A stretch of DNA of 64,000 nucleotides from Chrysomallon squamiferum (Eukaryota; Animalia; Mollusca), in assembly GCA_012295275.1 (NCBI GenBank), contig CM022666.1:13454001-13518000 (forward strand), written 5' to 3'. The notes below the pieces were generated by a model. It did no database searches. It was not told the origin of the DNA and saw nothing but the letters and a program-made list of their open reading frames with translations. The translations under genes and the position numbers were made by a program. Of this stretch, positions 16,789 through 26,921 are shown piece by piece. Position 1 is the first letter of the stretch, and each line of letters begins with the position of its first letter.

Positions 16789-18618
16789 TTAATTTTTTTT
16801 TTCTTCTTTCTTTTCATGTGTGGATTGCTGAGATAATTCGACTTCACTATAATAGGTGATCTGAATGTTTGCATGATAATTGAAATACAATGTATTTCCT
16901 CCACTCGTTTTCTCTACATCTGGATACAAGCCAATCATAAATATAGGAGGTCTGTTACATTGATATGTACGTCTATGCGATCCGTCTTTACAAACATCAA
17001 CGTTGGGATTATTAGCATTGTTATGCATTACACCTTGATTACTGTACTTGGTACCTCCGTCATCTACCATAGACGGTGCACCAAGTACATTAGATGCTTT
17101 ATTCTGAAAACATGCTGTATAATGTATTCTTCTGTACTGATGATTAAAATAACAACATATCGCTGTACCCATAGGATGCTTAGAATTATTAGTAACTATT
17201 ATATCGTGAGTAGGCCATACCTCCAAATTACCTTTGTTCTCATTAGCACATTGATATTTAGATTTCTGACATAAACCTGAAACATCTGTAAAATTGAGAG
17301 TATGTGATGTTTCAGATGGAAACAATATTAACGGAGAATCTTTGCATGTATAATCTAATGCGAAGCCTCCTGCACTTATAACAGTTTCACGATAACCGTC
17401 ATGTTTCTTCATATCATAAATGTAATTTGGAGATTCTGCCTTATAATCGATACCATCTGTACCAGTCCATGCATGATTTAATAATTGCATTGCCATGTCG
17501 CTAGGCATATATAACTTTCTATCTGGTTGTACCTTTATACTACGTTCAGCAACACTATCCATACATTCTTCATCTCTGAAAAAATGGTTATGATGTAACA
17601 TTAAATTATTCTCTGGTAATCCGTAATCATTATGTATATCTGTAAATGTCCAAACTCGTGAATTAGGTGGTGCCATAACAGGAACTTCGTTAGGATCTGA
17701 TTTATTATTATTCAATACATGAATAATCATATTGTTTATATTAAAACCGATCTTTTTAACTTTATATCCAATGAAATCGTCTGGCAAATTCCAATCTTCC
17801 GGTTTAGTACTGGCAGCTTTATACCAATAAGGAATAATATGTCCTCCATGATTGAACGTAAATTCGCTAACGTTGGGATCTCCTATGGCTTTCTTCCAAT
17901 TTACATCATCTGTGTTATTATCTAATATCTTCATCTCGGCTTTTCTATTTTTGGTAAAGTTAATTGTACTGGTAAATGTACGTTTAAATGTCTTTTTAAT
18001 TGTAATGTATCTAGGATCTAATACTTTAGTAGTTCCACCAAAACCTTGATATAATACATTGTTACCAGTAGCAGACGCCATAGGAGCACCTTCAATTGCT
18101 TCACTTCCACCAGTATCTGTAACCTCTTCATTCATTATGGAATCAGGTTCCATTACGGATTCTTCTGGTTGTAAATAAGTTCCTTTAGCATTAGTTCTGT
18201 CTAATACATCTTGAGAAACTCTATTAGATAATTGTTTATTATCTTGAAATTTTGCATCTGGTCCTCCAGATGGTTCAGCTGAATGTCGTTTCATAGCTGA
18301 TTGATCTGGATTTCTGGATGAGTCGTGTAAATCTCCTTGTTGTTCTTCGTTATCGTAGAATAAAGGGGTGCCGAAAGGGTCGTCTTCGTCCGAATCTTCA
18401 ATAGAGTTATAGTCTTGCCCAATATTTTGAATTGCCTGATAGAAATCGTTATTCGGAATTTGTATATTTGGATACTGACGTCTGATCTGAAGCCACCTTT
18501 CTTGTCGTTTAGAATAGGGGACATTTATTTCAGCTAATTTATTGAATGCTTTAGATTTTGCTATAGCCCACAGACGAGTGACCTCTGTTTTCGTCAAAAG
18601 TCGTTTGCCTTTTGTCAT
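16789..18618 (-). CDS. Densovirus/parvovirus-like capsid (VP) protein, 609 aa; last ~16 aa are read-through into host DNA
   Basis: Acidic, low-complexity N-terminal region, then a small-residue/Gly stretch (TGGSEAIEGAPMASATGNN..GFGG), then beta-rich segments resembling densoviral jelly-roll motifs (ITIKKTFKRTF; IPYWYKAASTKPEDWNLP..GYKVKKIGFNI; PPIFMIGLYP; ANIQITYYSEVEL). Adjacent to a parvovirus-type hairpin. Confidence 0.75.
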   Translation of the reverse strand: MTKGKRLLTKTEVTRLWAIAKSKAFNKLAEINVPYSKRQERWLQIRRQYPNIQIPNNDFYQAIQNIGQDYNSIEDSDEDDPFGTPLFYDNEEQQGDLHDSSRNPDQSAMKRHSAEPSGGPDAKFQDNKQLSNRVSQDVLDRTNAKGTYLQPEESVMEPDSIMNEEVTDTGGSEAIEGAPMASATGNNVLYQGFGGTTKVLDPRYITIKKTFKRTFTSTINFTKNRKAEMKILDNNTDDVNWKKAIGDPNVSEFTFNHGGHIIPYWYKAASTKPEDWNLPDDFIGYKVKKIGFNINNMIIHVLNNNKSDPNEVPVMAPPNSRVWTFTDIHNDYGLPENNLMLHHNHFFRDEECMDSVAERSIKVQPDRKLYMPSDMAMQLLNHAWTGTDGIDYKAESPNYIYDMKKHDGYRETVISAGGFALDYTCKDSPLILFPSETSHTLNFTDVSGLCQKSKYQCANENKGNLEVWPTHDIIVTNNSKHPMGTAICCYFNHQYRRIHYTACFQNKASNVLGAPSMVDDGGTKYSNQGVMHNNANNPNVDVCKDGSHRRTYQCNRPPIFMIGLYPDVEKTSGGNTLYFNYHANIQITYYSEVELSQQSTHEKKEEKKN

Positions 18619-18980
18619 GAAATCGGTATACGCGTATATATATATGATACGTTTTCGTCTTCTTCAGCCTCTATCTGATTACGTTCTATGGGTGTGACGT
18701 CGTTATCTATATCTTTCACTTGTGGATTTATGAAATCCCCTAGTTCATTGATTGCTTGTTCAATCTGATTTTTAGTGTAATCAGATATACCTTCAACAGC
18801 TGATTCAACTACAGATGTTCCTATATTTATAGCAGGATCTAACAATATACTATCAGATCCAATTATTTCAGTTATAGCTGGTGATGTAGAATCCAATATA
18901 GCTGATGTTGCAAGTTCAACAGATGCATCGAATGCGTATTCGATTATTTCTGTTGCAATTATTCCTAATGCTGTGAACAT
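18615..18980 (-). CDS. Small acidic viral ORF (~121 aa from the ATG at 18980; the ORF track extends it to 19073) overlapping the VP start by ATGA
   Basis: Open frame MFTALGIIATEIIEYAFDASVEL...YTRIPIS; its TGA (18617-18615) overlaps the VP ATG (18618-18616). The longer 19073 start runs through the AT-rich TATA region. Confidence 0.6.
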   Translation of the reverse strand: MFTALGIIATEIIEYAFDASVELATSAILDSTSPAITEIIGSDSILLDPAINIGTSVVESAVEGISDYTKNQIEQAINELGDFINPQVKDIDNDVTPIERNQIEAEEDENVSYIYTRIPIS

Positions 18981-19019
18981 GCTATCATGACAGACTATAT
19001 ATACATAATGATTTGAAAG

Positions 19020-19080
19020 TAATATAATATTAATATATATATTATAAATACCGGACATGACGTAATATGTCACGTGATAT
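19020..19080 (-). promoter_or_regulatory. Putative viral promoter: E-box (CACGTG), ATF/CRE-like site (TGACGTAA), TATA-like element
   Basis: Minus strand reads CACGTG (19071-19076), TTACGTCA (19058-19065), then TATTTATAATATATA, ~60 nt before the ATG at 18980 and just inside the hairpin. Confidence 0.55.
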
Positions 19081-19110
19081 TAATAGTTGGGACCTGATAT
19101 ATCCCAACCC

Positions 19111-19331
19111 AACTCTTGTGTAATTTTTAAAAAACAATGTATAACTCTAATGGTTTTTTAGTCTTTTGGCCTTGAAAGCCAATATGTACTTTTAGCCTAT
19201 GACCGTAGGGCTCGGGCTACGCCCGAAGGAGCTAGTCACCTTCGGGCTAAAAGTACATATTGGCTTTCAAGGCCAAAAGACTAAAAAACCATTAGAGTTA
19301 TACATTGTTTTTTAAAAATTACACAAGAGTT
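19111..19331. repeat. Terminal hairpin: perfect 87-bp inverted repeat (19111-19197 / 19245-19331) around a 47-nt GC-rich loop with branch hairpins
   Basis: Arms are exact reverse complements by manual comparison. The loop contains TCGGGC-TAC-GCCCGA and the alternative pairing GCCCGAAGG...CCTTCGGGC. Confidence 0.95.
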
Positions 19332-19752
19332 AGCTAGCAGTTTAAAATAGTAATTACAAAATATCTAGAAGCAGTCATCTTTCTGTACATATCGAACTGT
19401 TGTAGAAAAAAAAAATCTGTATGTTGCTTCTAGTTTTAGTATTGTCTGGAAAGTCCATTATGTTCCTTTAACCTAATATTTCAAGGCAGTTTGGATAAAA
19501 TACAATAATAAAAAAAGTTCGAAGTTTGCCACTAAATAGATTTTATTTATGAAAAAGATTATAAGAAATGAAAAATTATGGAAAACCTTTCATTAACTTT
19601 TTTCCTTCGGTCATTCAATGTTTATAAGATATCCCAGCAAACGAAACAATAATTCATTGAAATCGATGATAATAGAAAAGTCGTCAAAAAAGCAATTAAA
19701 TATGGCGGATGTATGACACTCTTGCAAGAAGGTATTTTTTCTTTGTTTATTC

Positions 19753-19783
<31 letters not shown>

Positions 19784-20728
19784 AAATGTTTTTGTTTGTT
19801 TTGTTTTTTCTGTTGTTTTTTTGTTGTTGTTTTTTTTTTTTCTTTTTTTCTTCTGGTTATTAAAAAGGCAAAAATGGTGCTAAACTCACCAAATAACCAC
19901 TATTATTGGTACAAAAAATATATATACATAAATATCTAAACACTAATTCACGGCACTTTCAACTGTTGTAGTTGTTTTTTCATTTGAAAACAAAATAATG
20001 ATATAAAAACTAGTGTTTATAAAGAATAAACGTTTCTAAAGGATCAAAAATTCGGTTCTCAAATGAACATCCATGTGATTCCAGTTCAGGGCGTTATGTG
20101 CTGTTGGTAATACCAAGAAAACATCTTAAAGTGTATTCTGCATTCTTTCAAGCTGTCGTTTCATTTGTTTTAGTCGTTCTGTTTTAGCTAGCAATTTAAA
20201 ATAGTAATTACAAAATATCTGGAAGCAGTCATCTTTCTGTACATATCGAATTGTTGTAGAAAAAGAAGAAATCTGTAAGTTATTTCAGGTTTTAGTATTT
20301 TCTGGAAAATCCATTATGTTCATTTAACCTGATATTTCAAAGCAGTTTGGATAAAATACAATAATAAAAATATTTTACTTATGAAAAAGATTATAATAAA
20401 TGAAAAATTATGGGAAACCTTTCATTAATTTTTCCCTTCGGTCTGTAAGGTTTATTTATATTTAAATGTCCCATACATTTTCTGAATAAATGTATTTTAT
20501 AGCAATGCTGCCTTTTATGTGGTCTTCTTATCAGTTGCAACTATTTGGTGAATGATCATTTCCCAACACAATGATCATTTCCAAATCTTGTGGGGAACTT
20601 GCACTTTCTTTCTGCTATCGTCTGTATTATTAATTAATTAATTTATTCAATAATGTTTTTTGTTTTTTTTTTTTTTAATTTTTTTTTTTTTTTCTTCTTT
20701 CTTTTCGTGTGTGGATTGCTGAGATAAT
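19332..20728. repeat. Array continuation right of the viral insert: partial unit, internally deleted unit, and second copy of the array exit sequence
   Basis: 19332-19610 matches a unit end; a new unit starts ~19611 with deletions at ~19780 and ~20008; 20442-20728 matches 16551-16837. Confidence 0.9.
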
Positions 20729-21436
20729 GCAAAAGAGAAAAATAATACTATTTTTGCACACTGAATTAAAAATATAAATGAAAAAATAACGTTTAATTCC
20801 ATGAAGACTACTTCACCATCAACTCATCCTTGGCAGTAAAATCAGAATCCATCACTCGTTATGTGGTTGGTCAGTGTAAAATGTCATCGTTATACTTACT
20901 GCCATCCAGATATATTGTTATTATTATTTGTTTTAAGTACATAAACACTGCATTATCAATAGTAACACTTTTGTTTGCTTTCACGTAGTAAGGCCTGTGA
21001 TAGTGAGTTGACTGATAATTGATGTCAGTATATTCTCACCAACCCTGTGTGTTATGACATGACTAGAACAGTGAATGTAGAAAATTGCAGTACTTGCATG
21101 TTCCTTAATAACGGTTCAGTTTTATTGTTTTATAAGTCAGTCTTGTTACTGTACTATTCACTGGTTAATTTACATGGCTAGTGAAATGGATTATTATATA
21201 TCAGTTTTGTGATTGTACTATTTATCATTATGGCTTCCCTCCAAGTCTAACGAAATGGTGGTTTAATTTGTTTTGTTTTTTAATTACTTAACAGATTAGA
21301 ACTATAATTATGTTGAAAATCGCACTATTTTCACATTCATTAACAACAGTTCCATTTTATTTTATTATTGTATATTTACTGGTTGGTTAACCTCAAAATG
21401 TTATAGATATGGCTTAATTCCGCTCCTTCTAGATGA

Positions 21437-23560
21437 GAATGAATGTTTAACGATACCCCAGCACGAAACATATATCGGCTACTGACTGGGTGTCAAAAAA
21501 GGTAAATATAACAAAATGGTGCATATTTACCACATACAAATTTAAAATTAGTCAAAACACAGTGTAAAAAGCTGTGCAAAAAGTATCACAGTTTATTTAA
21601 ATTATAAATTATGGTAAAATTCTGTCCTGAAATTTTAAAACAAGTTCAGGGATGAACTTGAAATGATTCCATCACATTTATTTGACTCAGTATATCCTTC
21701 CGTATCTGCCTAAGATGATCGCACCTCCACCAAACTGTGGTGCACTGACAGAGTACACTGACAGTGTTCACACTGAGATGGAGTATCCTTCTTCAGGATA
21801 AATGAATGGGTCAAACAAGTATGACCGATGCAAACACGACATTCTTCCTGCACTGCCTGTAAGAGGACTGCCACTGTCCCAGGACTGGCTTCAGAGAATG
21901 GAGTTGGTTCGTCGATCGCACCGTTCCAAATCGAAAAAATATATAATTGAATTTAATGTTTAAAATTATTGTAGGGCACACCAGCCTCGACTCAAATCTA
22001 GAGTCTGCCTTTATCATTGCTCCTGATGCCAGCGTAGCTGGGTATCCAACAAAAAACTATATTTTTTATTGGCATTAGTTAACAAGATACACTTTGATAT
22101 AACCATCGCAAACAAGGGATGCTCTAAATTCATGTGCTGTAAAGCATAAAGACATAAGAGTGAAAATAATGTATTTGGATGCAAAGGAATGTATAATTTC
22201 TTCCAGGGCTTTAAGAATTGTCTGAACTTCAGCAGTGAAAACTGATGCCGAATCTGTCAATCTGATGGATCAATGCATGTCTGACGGACAAACTGCAGCA
22301 CAAGCCATAGAATTCCCATCCCACGATCCATCCGTAGAAAAAGGAATAAAATCACGGAGTCTTCCTTTTAATTCCATGAAAAATTTATATTAAATAATAG
22401 GATCTGTGCTATTTTCGAAGACGCACAAGATCCAGCACGGAGTTTGGTGGTTTAACACAAAATATCTGAAAAATCAATGTTGGAAGCAGTTAAAAAAATG
22501 CCTGATGCGAAGACCAAATGTTTTAATGGCATTCGGCCATGCATCAAACAACCTCACATATTTATTGTCAAATACCGTGTCTTGTGCAGGATGTTTCGGT
22601 AATGACTTTATCTTAGCAGCATACTGCAGAGAAAACTTTGACCGTCTAGCATCCAAACAAAATTCGGGTGCCATAGCGTATAAGCTCTGCACAGAAAATG
22701 TTTTGAATGCACCAAGACCTATAGAGTCCTGTCTTATAAAAAATTACTTGTATAAATGGGAAGGCGACCTATTAGACAGAACTCATGGAGGTCCTGCTTT
22801 ATCCCATAGTTCCATGCAGTGTCATAAGCTTTCTCCAAATCAAAAAGGAACGAAACTACGTGTTGGAAGCTTCCCTGCAAAACGTTTCAAATCTAACAAG
22901 ATGACTGATAATTCGTTCCATGGTTTTGCAGATGCAACATGTCAAGACAATAGGGCAATAATTAGTAGGCTTTGTTGGATCCTTAGCAGGCTTTGGAATA
23001 GGACTGACACTTGCTTTCCTCCAATCACAAGGAAAGTTACCAGAAATGCAGATTTGGTTGAAAATGCTTAAAAGAATTAAGAGAAAAGAGCTCGCTAAAT
23101 GTTTACGTATCTGGTAGTATATTTCATCTGAGCCTGGTGATGTGACATGAGTTCTACACAGAACATCCACCAATTCTTCTATGAAGAAGAGCATGTTGTA
23201 TACTTCAGCATTATCAGCTTTATTACGTACACAATGTAAAATTATCTGTACTGAAAGAAGAAGAATTATGAGAAAAGTTATATGTCAATACATTAGCGAT
23301 ATATCGGTGCGATGTGAGATCTCTATCATTGACAGCGGTACTGGATTCTTTTCCCATGATTTTTCGTATCCTATTCCACACAGATTTGACTGATGTTTGA
23401 GAATTGATACTGGAAATATATTTCCTCCAAGATGTCTTCTTACTGGGTTGAATATCTCTGCTTGCCTTAGCTCTAGCAATACGATAAGCATCCAGGTTAC
23501 CCTCAGTTGCCTGGTGTTTGAACCTTTCCAAGGCCCTATTCCGCTCTTTGATTACATCTT
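21437..23560 (-). mobile_element. Degenerate non-LTR retrotransposon (I/Nimb-type, RNase H-bearing); RT core largely deleted
   Basis: Frameshifted fragments: pre-RT region (KKTSWRKYISSINSQTSVKSVWNRIRKI; SPGSDEIYYQ), RT N-terminus (PIPKPAKDPTKPTNYCPIVLTCCICKTMERII), RNase H (TDGS; SVFTAEV..ILKALE) and a C-terminal CCHC-like stretch near 21720-21775. Confidence 0.85.
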
Positions 23561-26500
23561 TACAAGAATCAGTAAACTAAAACTAACAAAGTGGGTTGCA
23601 GTTACAGGGAGAACAGTGTCAAATGTTTAAATTATTTAACCATTTTATTTTATATTAATGATTTCCACATTTCATATTGGATTTGGTTTTTGTTCTGAAG
23701 TGTCAATAAACATTCATTCAAATATATTTTCTCTCTGCATGTGTCCACAAGGTTTTAAGTTATCATATTCATGAGAGTTGTGTCACAAACCCTTCTGTAA
23801 TTTTCCATTTTTACTAATATTTATTAAAATTTTGGAACTGATCTTAATTACCTACACTCCCATTAAAAATAATAAAATGAAATAAAAAAATAAAAATCAT
23901 AAAATATTTCTTTACATCGAAAGCATCCTTTTATTCCTAACTTAAAAAAGGTTGTTAATTTTCATTCTTCAGTAGGTTTGTATTCTTGTAATGTGTGATT
24001 CCTACCTATTTGTTTCAAATCATGTAATCCCAGATTTAAAATGTTGAATGTGCATTAATTAAAAATATTTCTTACATGCAAGCCATGAAAAATCTTTTCA
24101 ACTTTAAAAGAAAAAGAAACAAAACCTAAAATTATAAAATATTTATTATTAGAGATGTACATAAGTACAAAGTATAAAAATCCAACACAGAAAAAATGAC
24201 ATAACAATAAGCTGCACTAAAATTAATTAAAAATTTTAAGACTTTTAAAGTGGATGTTGGCTTCAAAATGTCACCCACATTCAAATTACATTTACCTGGT
24301 GCTTAAAACAAAATGGACATATGTAATCTGAATTCATTTTGTACTGAAGATAATAGAAGCTTTCAAATTTATATTATGATAAACAATTTATTTTTAACTG
24401 CACAAAATGTAGATTTACTGTATCAAATGTAAAACATTTTGACAAGTTCAATGATAAAAGCAAGAAGAGATATTTGAGAAATAAGGTGATGTAAACCTAA
24501 ATTTTGAGCAAAAAGATTCTATAGGTCTGTTAAATTATAAAGTGTAGTCTTCAGGAGATAAAAATGTACACAGAAATAATGACACAGGGTCATTTTTAAA
24601 TAAAATATTTGACAATCCCCCTCCCCTAAAACAAAACACTTTAGAAAAGTAATTTGCATACACAGTTCAGTTATTAACTTGTTTGTGGAGCAGTGCATTG
24701 CAAACAATAATAATAATAATAATTTAGTTTGTGGGGAATTTTTTTTTAAAAATCAGACTGAATTAAGGTCTTAAAATTTCTTTGGATGCTCAAAGTTCCA
24801 GGGTTTGCAGTATTTGTGCATGAGTTACTATTTTCAAGTCTTACAAGCTCAGGACAGTTTTTTTTGGAAGCTAGTGAAATTTGAAAATACCACAAGCAGA
24901 GAGAAAGAAGCATATTTAGAATTTGTAATGTTTTGATAAAACAATGAGAAAGAATAATAATGATGATGATGATGCACTATGTTTTATGAAATGAAGCTAG
25001 TTAAATTAAGGTATGGATTCAAAAACAGAAATTAATTTCTGCTTTCTGAAATAGATCTAGTGTTTGAAAAAAGATGGCTCAGATTAAAATAAATCTTTTA
25101 AAATTTATTAGGATCACAATATAACAAAACATTTTATTTTGTTTTTCTCCAGACAGTGTAAGTATTTCATTAACATCATACAGATAAGTATTAATAAAAA
25201 TATCAACAGGAGTACAAATATAATAATAGAAAAAACAGAGTTGACTGCAGTTTGAGGGGTTTATACCAGAATTTATTACAGATGTTGTCATCATACACAG
25301 CCAGTATTTTATCACTTAATCAACCAATGATGTAACACCATCATAACTGCTTACATCAGTAATCTCCTTTTAAAATGTTGTTACTTAATGCTCAAAGTTA
25401 TTGCTGGTGTACAGTTTTAAGGTAAAGTTCAATAGTTTTATATGAAAACAAAACACCCAGTTGATACCCCAAAACCAAATAGTTAAAACTTTTCTGGTTT
25501 GAAAACATACCCTCAAAGTGCAGTCTATAAAATTTGTTTAAAAATAAATTAAAACTTTAATACTCTGTGGGGTTAACAATAAAATTATCTCAAATTTATA
25601 ATTTTAATATTTATATATTAAAACAAACTGATACTATGAATTTTATTTTAAAATATAAAGCTGTTATTATAGCAAATTTGTATAATAGTTATAGTTTCAA
25701 AAATATGTCTTTTAAAAAATATTTTTGAAATATTCAGTAAAAAAATTATTTTTTTTCTTCAGTTTTCTTTTTCTTTTTAATTTTTTTTTTAAAAAAGAAA
25801 AAATTCAGTGGTAAACTACACTATTTTTTTTTTTCACAAGTATAAAATTCTACAATACTAAAACAAGTAACAATCTACCAAAAGACTTCCTTTCTTTAAA
25901 AGAATTGATTAAATTACTAATAAATAAATTTAATTACTAATACTTTCTCATTTCTACCTTTACAAAATTTTTGCATTTAGTCGTAAGATATTTATTTAAG
26001 ATCTTTAGATTTGTGTATATGCCTGTTTTGAGATCTATGTATGAAGCTGTGTATAGTAAATTATCATATTAATACAGATCACTGCTAAGCCGGAATATTA
26101 GGTAAGCCAGCTTAATCTATGCCAGAATACTAGCTAACCCAGCAATTTTCAATTGGTTTAATTTCAAGTCATTTGAAATTAAGCTGTATTTTTTCGTGTT
26201 GTTTTTTTACAGATATTTAAAGACATTGTTACTGCAATTAGGTCTCAATAAACGTATTGCATTTAATAAAATTAACTGTTTATATTTACCAGATTACATA
26301 CGTCATGTATTAGCAATTTAGATTTAATCACCACAGTTCTCTCCCTTACTAATAACAACCTGACAAAACTGGTTTGTTCTTAGTCCAGTATAAATTGAGT
26401 CTTCTTTAGCAAGACTTTAATATTTATTTATTTTTTACTTCTATTGTGACCTTTTTTTGTCCTGAATGGTCAGTGACCTGTTTATCAAGACAGGCTTATT

Positions 26501-26921
26501 TTTGTCCTGTATAATCAGTGGCCACTGCAGTAAGGTTTGTTTTGCCCTGTACAGGCAGTGACCTCTTTAAACAGTCACCTCGTAAATGTGTTGTGAATGT
26601 ATGTCTAGGTGTGAATGTATGAGTTTCTACGTGTAATTCATTCATACATCAGTTGGAACCCATATATTTGTTTCTGTGAATTCAAAAACCTATGAAACCT
26701 GTTTAAAATTATTACTTACAAAACCTATCTTTTAAAATAAATTCTTGTTTATGTTAAATATATCAAATGATTGTGTGCCAAGGTCAGGCCATGTCAGTCA
26801 GTTTTGGCAAAACGTTCCAGCATTCGATGATAATAACTCTTTTGTCAAAATTGTTATTTCTGCTTTGCTAATTTTCTTCTTCTCCTTCTTCTTCTTTTCT
26901 TCCCATTCAAGCAGAACTGTT

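Larger units (their letters stand above)
16838..19331 (-). mobile_element. Endogenous parvovirus/densovirus-like viral element: capsid-side genome end with terminal hairpin
   Basis: Intronless, microsatellite-free 2.5 kb insert that interrupts host repeat DNA with sharp junctions; carries a capsid-like ORF, a small upstream ORF and a long branched palindrome at its end. Confidence 0.8.

Noticed and set aside
16873-18049. Plus-strand ORFs inside the viral insert as possible NS genes of an ambisense genome
   Set aside because: Short, and lacking HUH endonuclease or SF3 helicase Walker motifs; antisense shadows of the capsid ORF.
22406-23071. 221-aa plus-strand ORF
   Set aside because: Antisense shadow of the decayed LINE on the minus strand.
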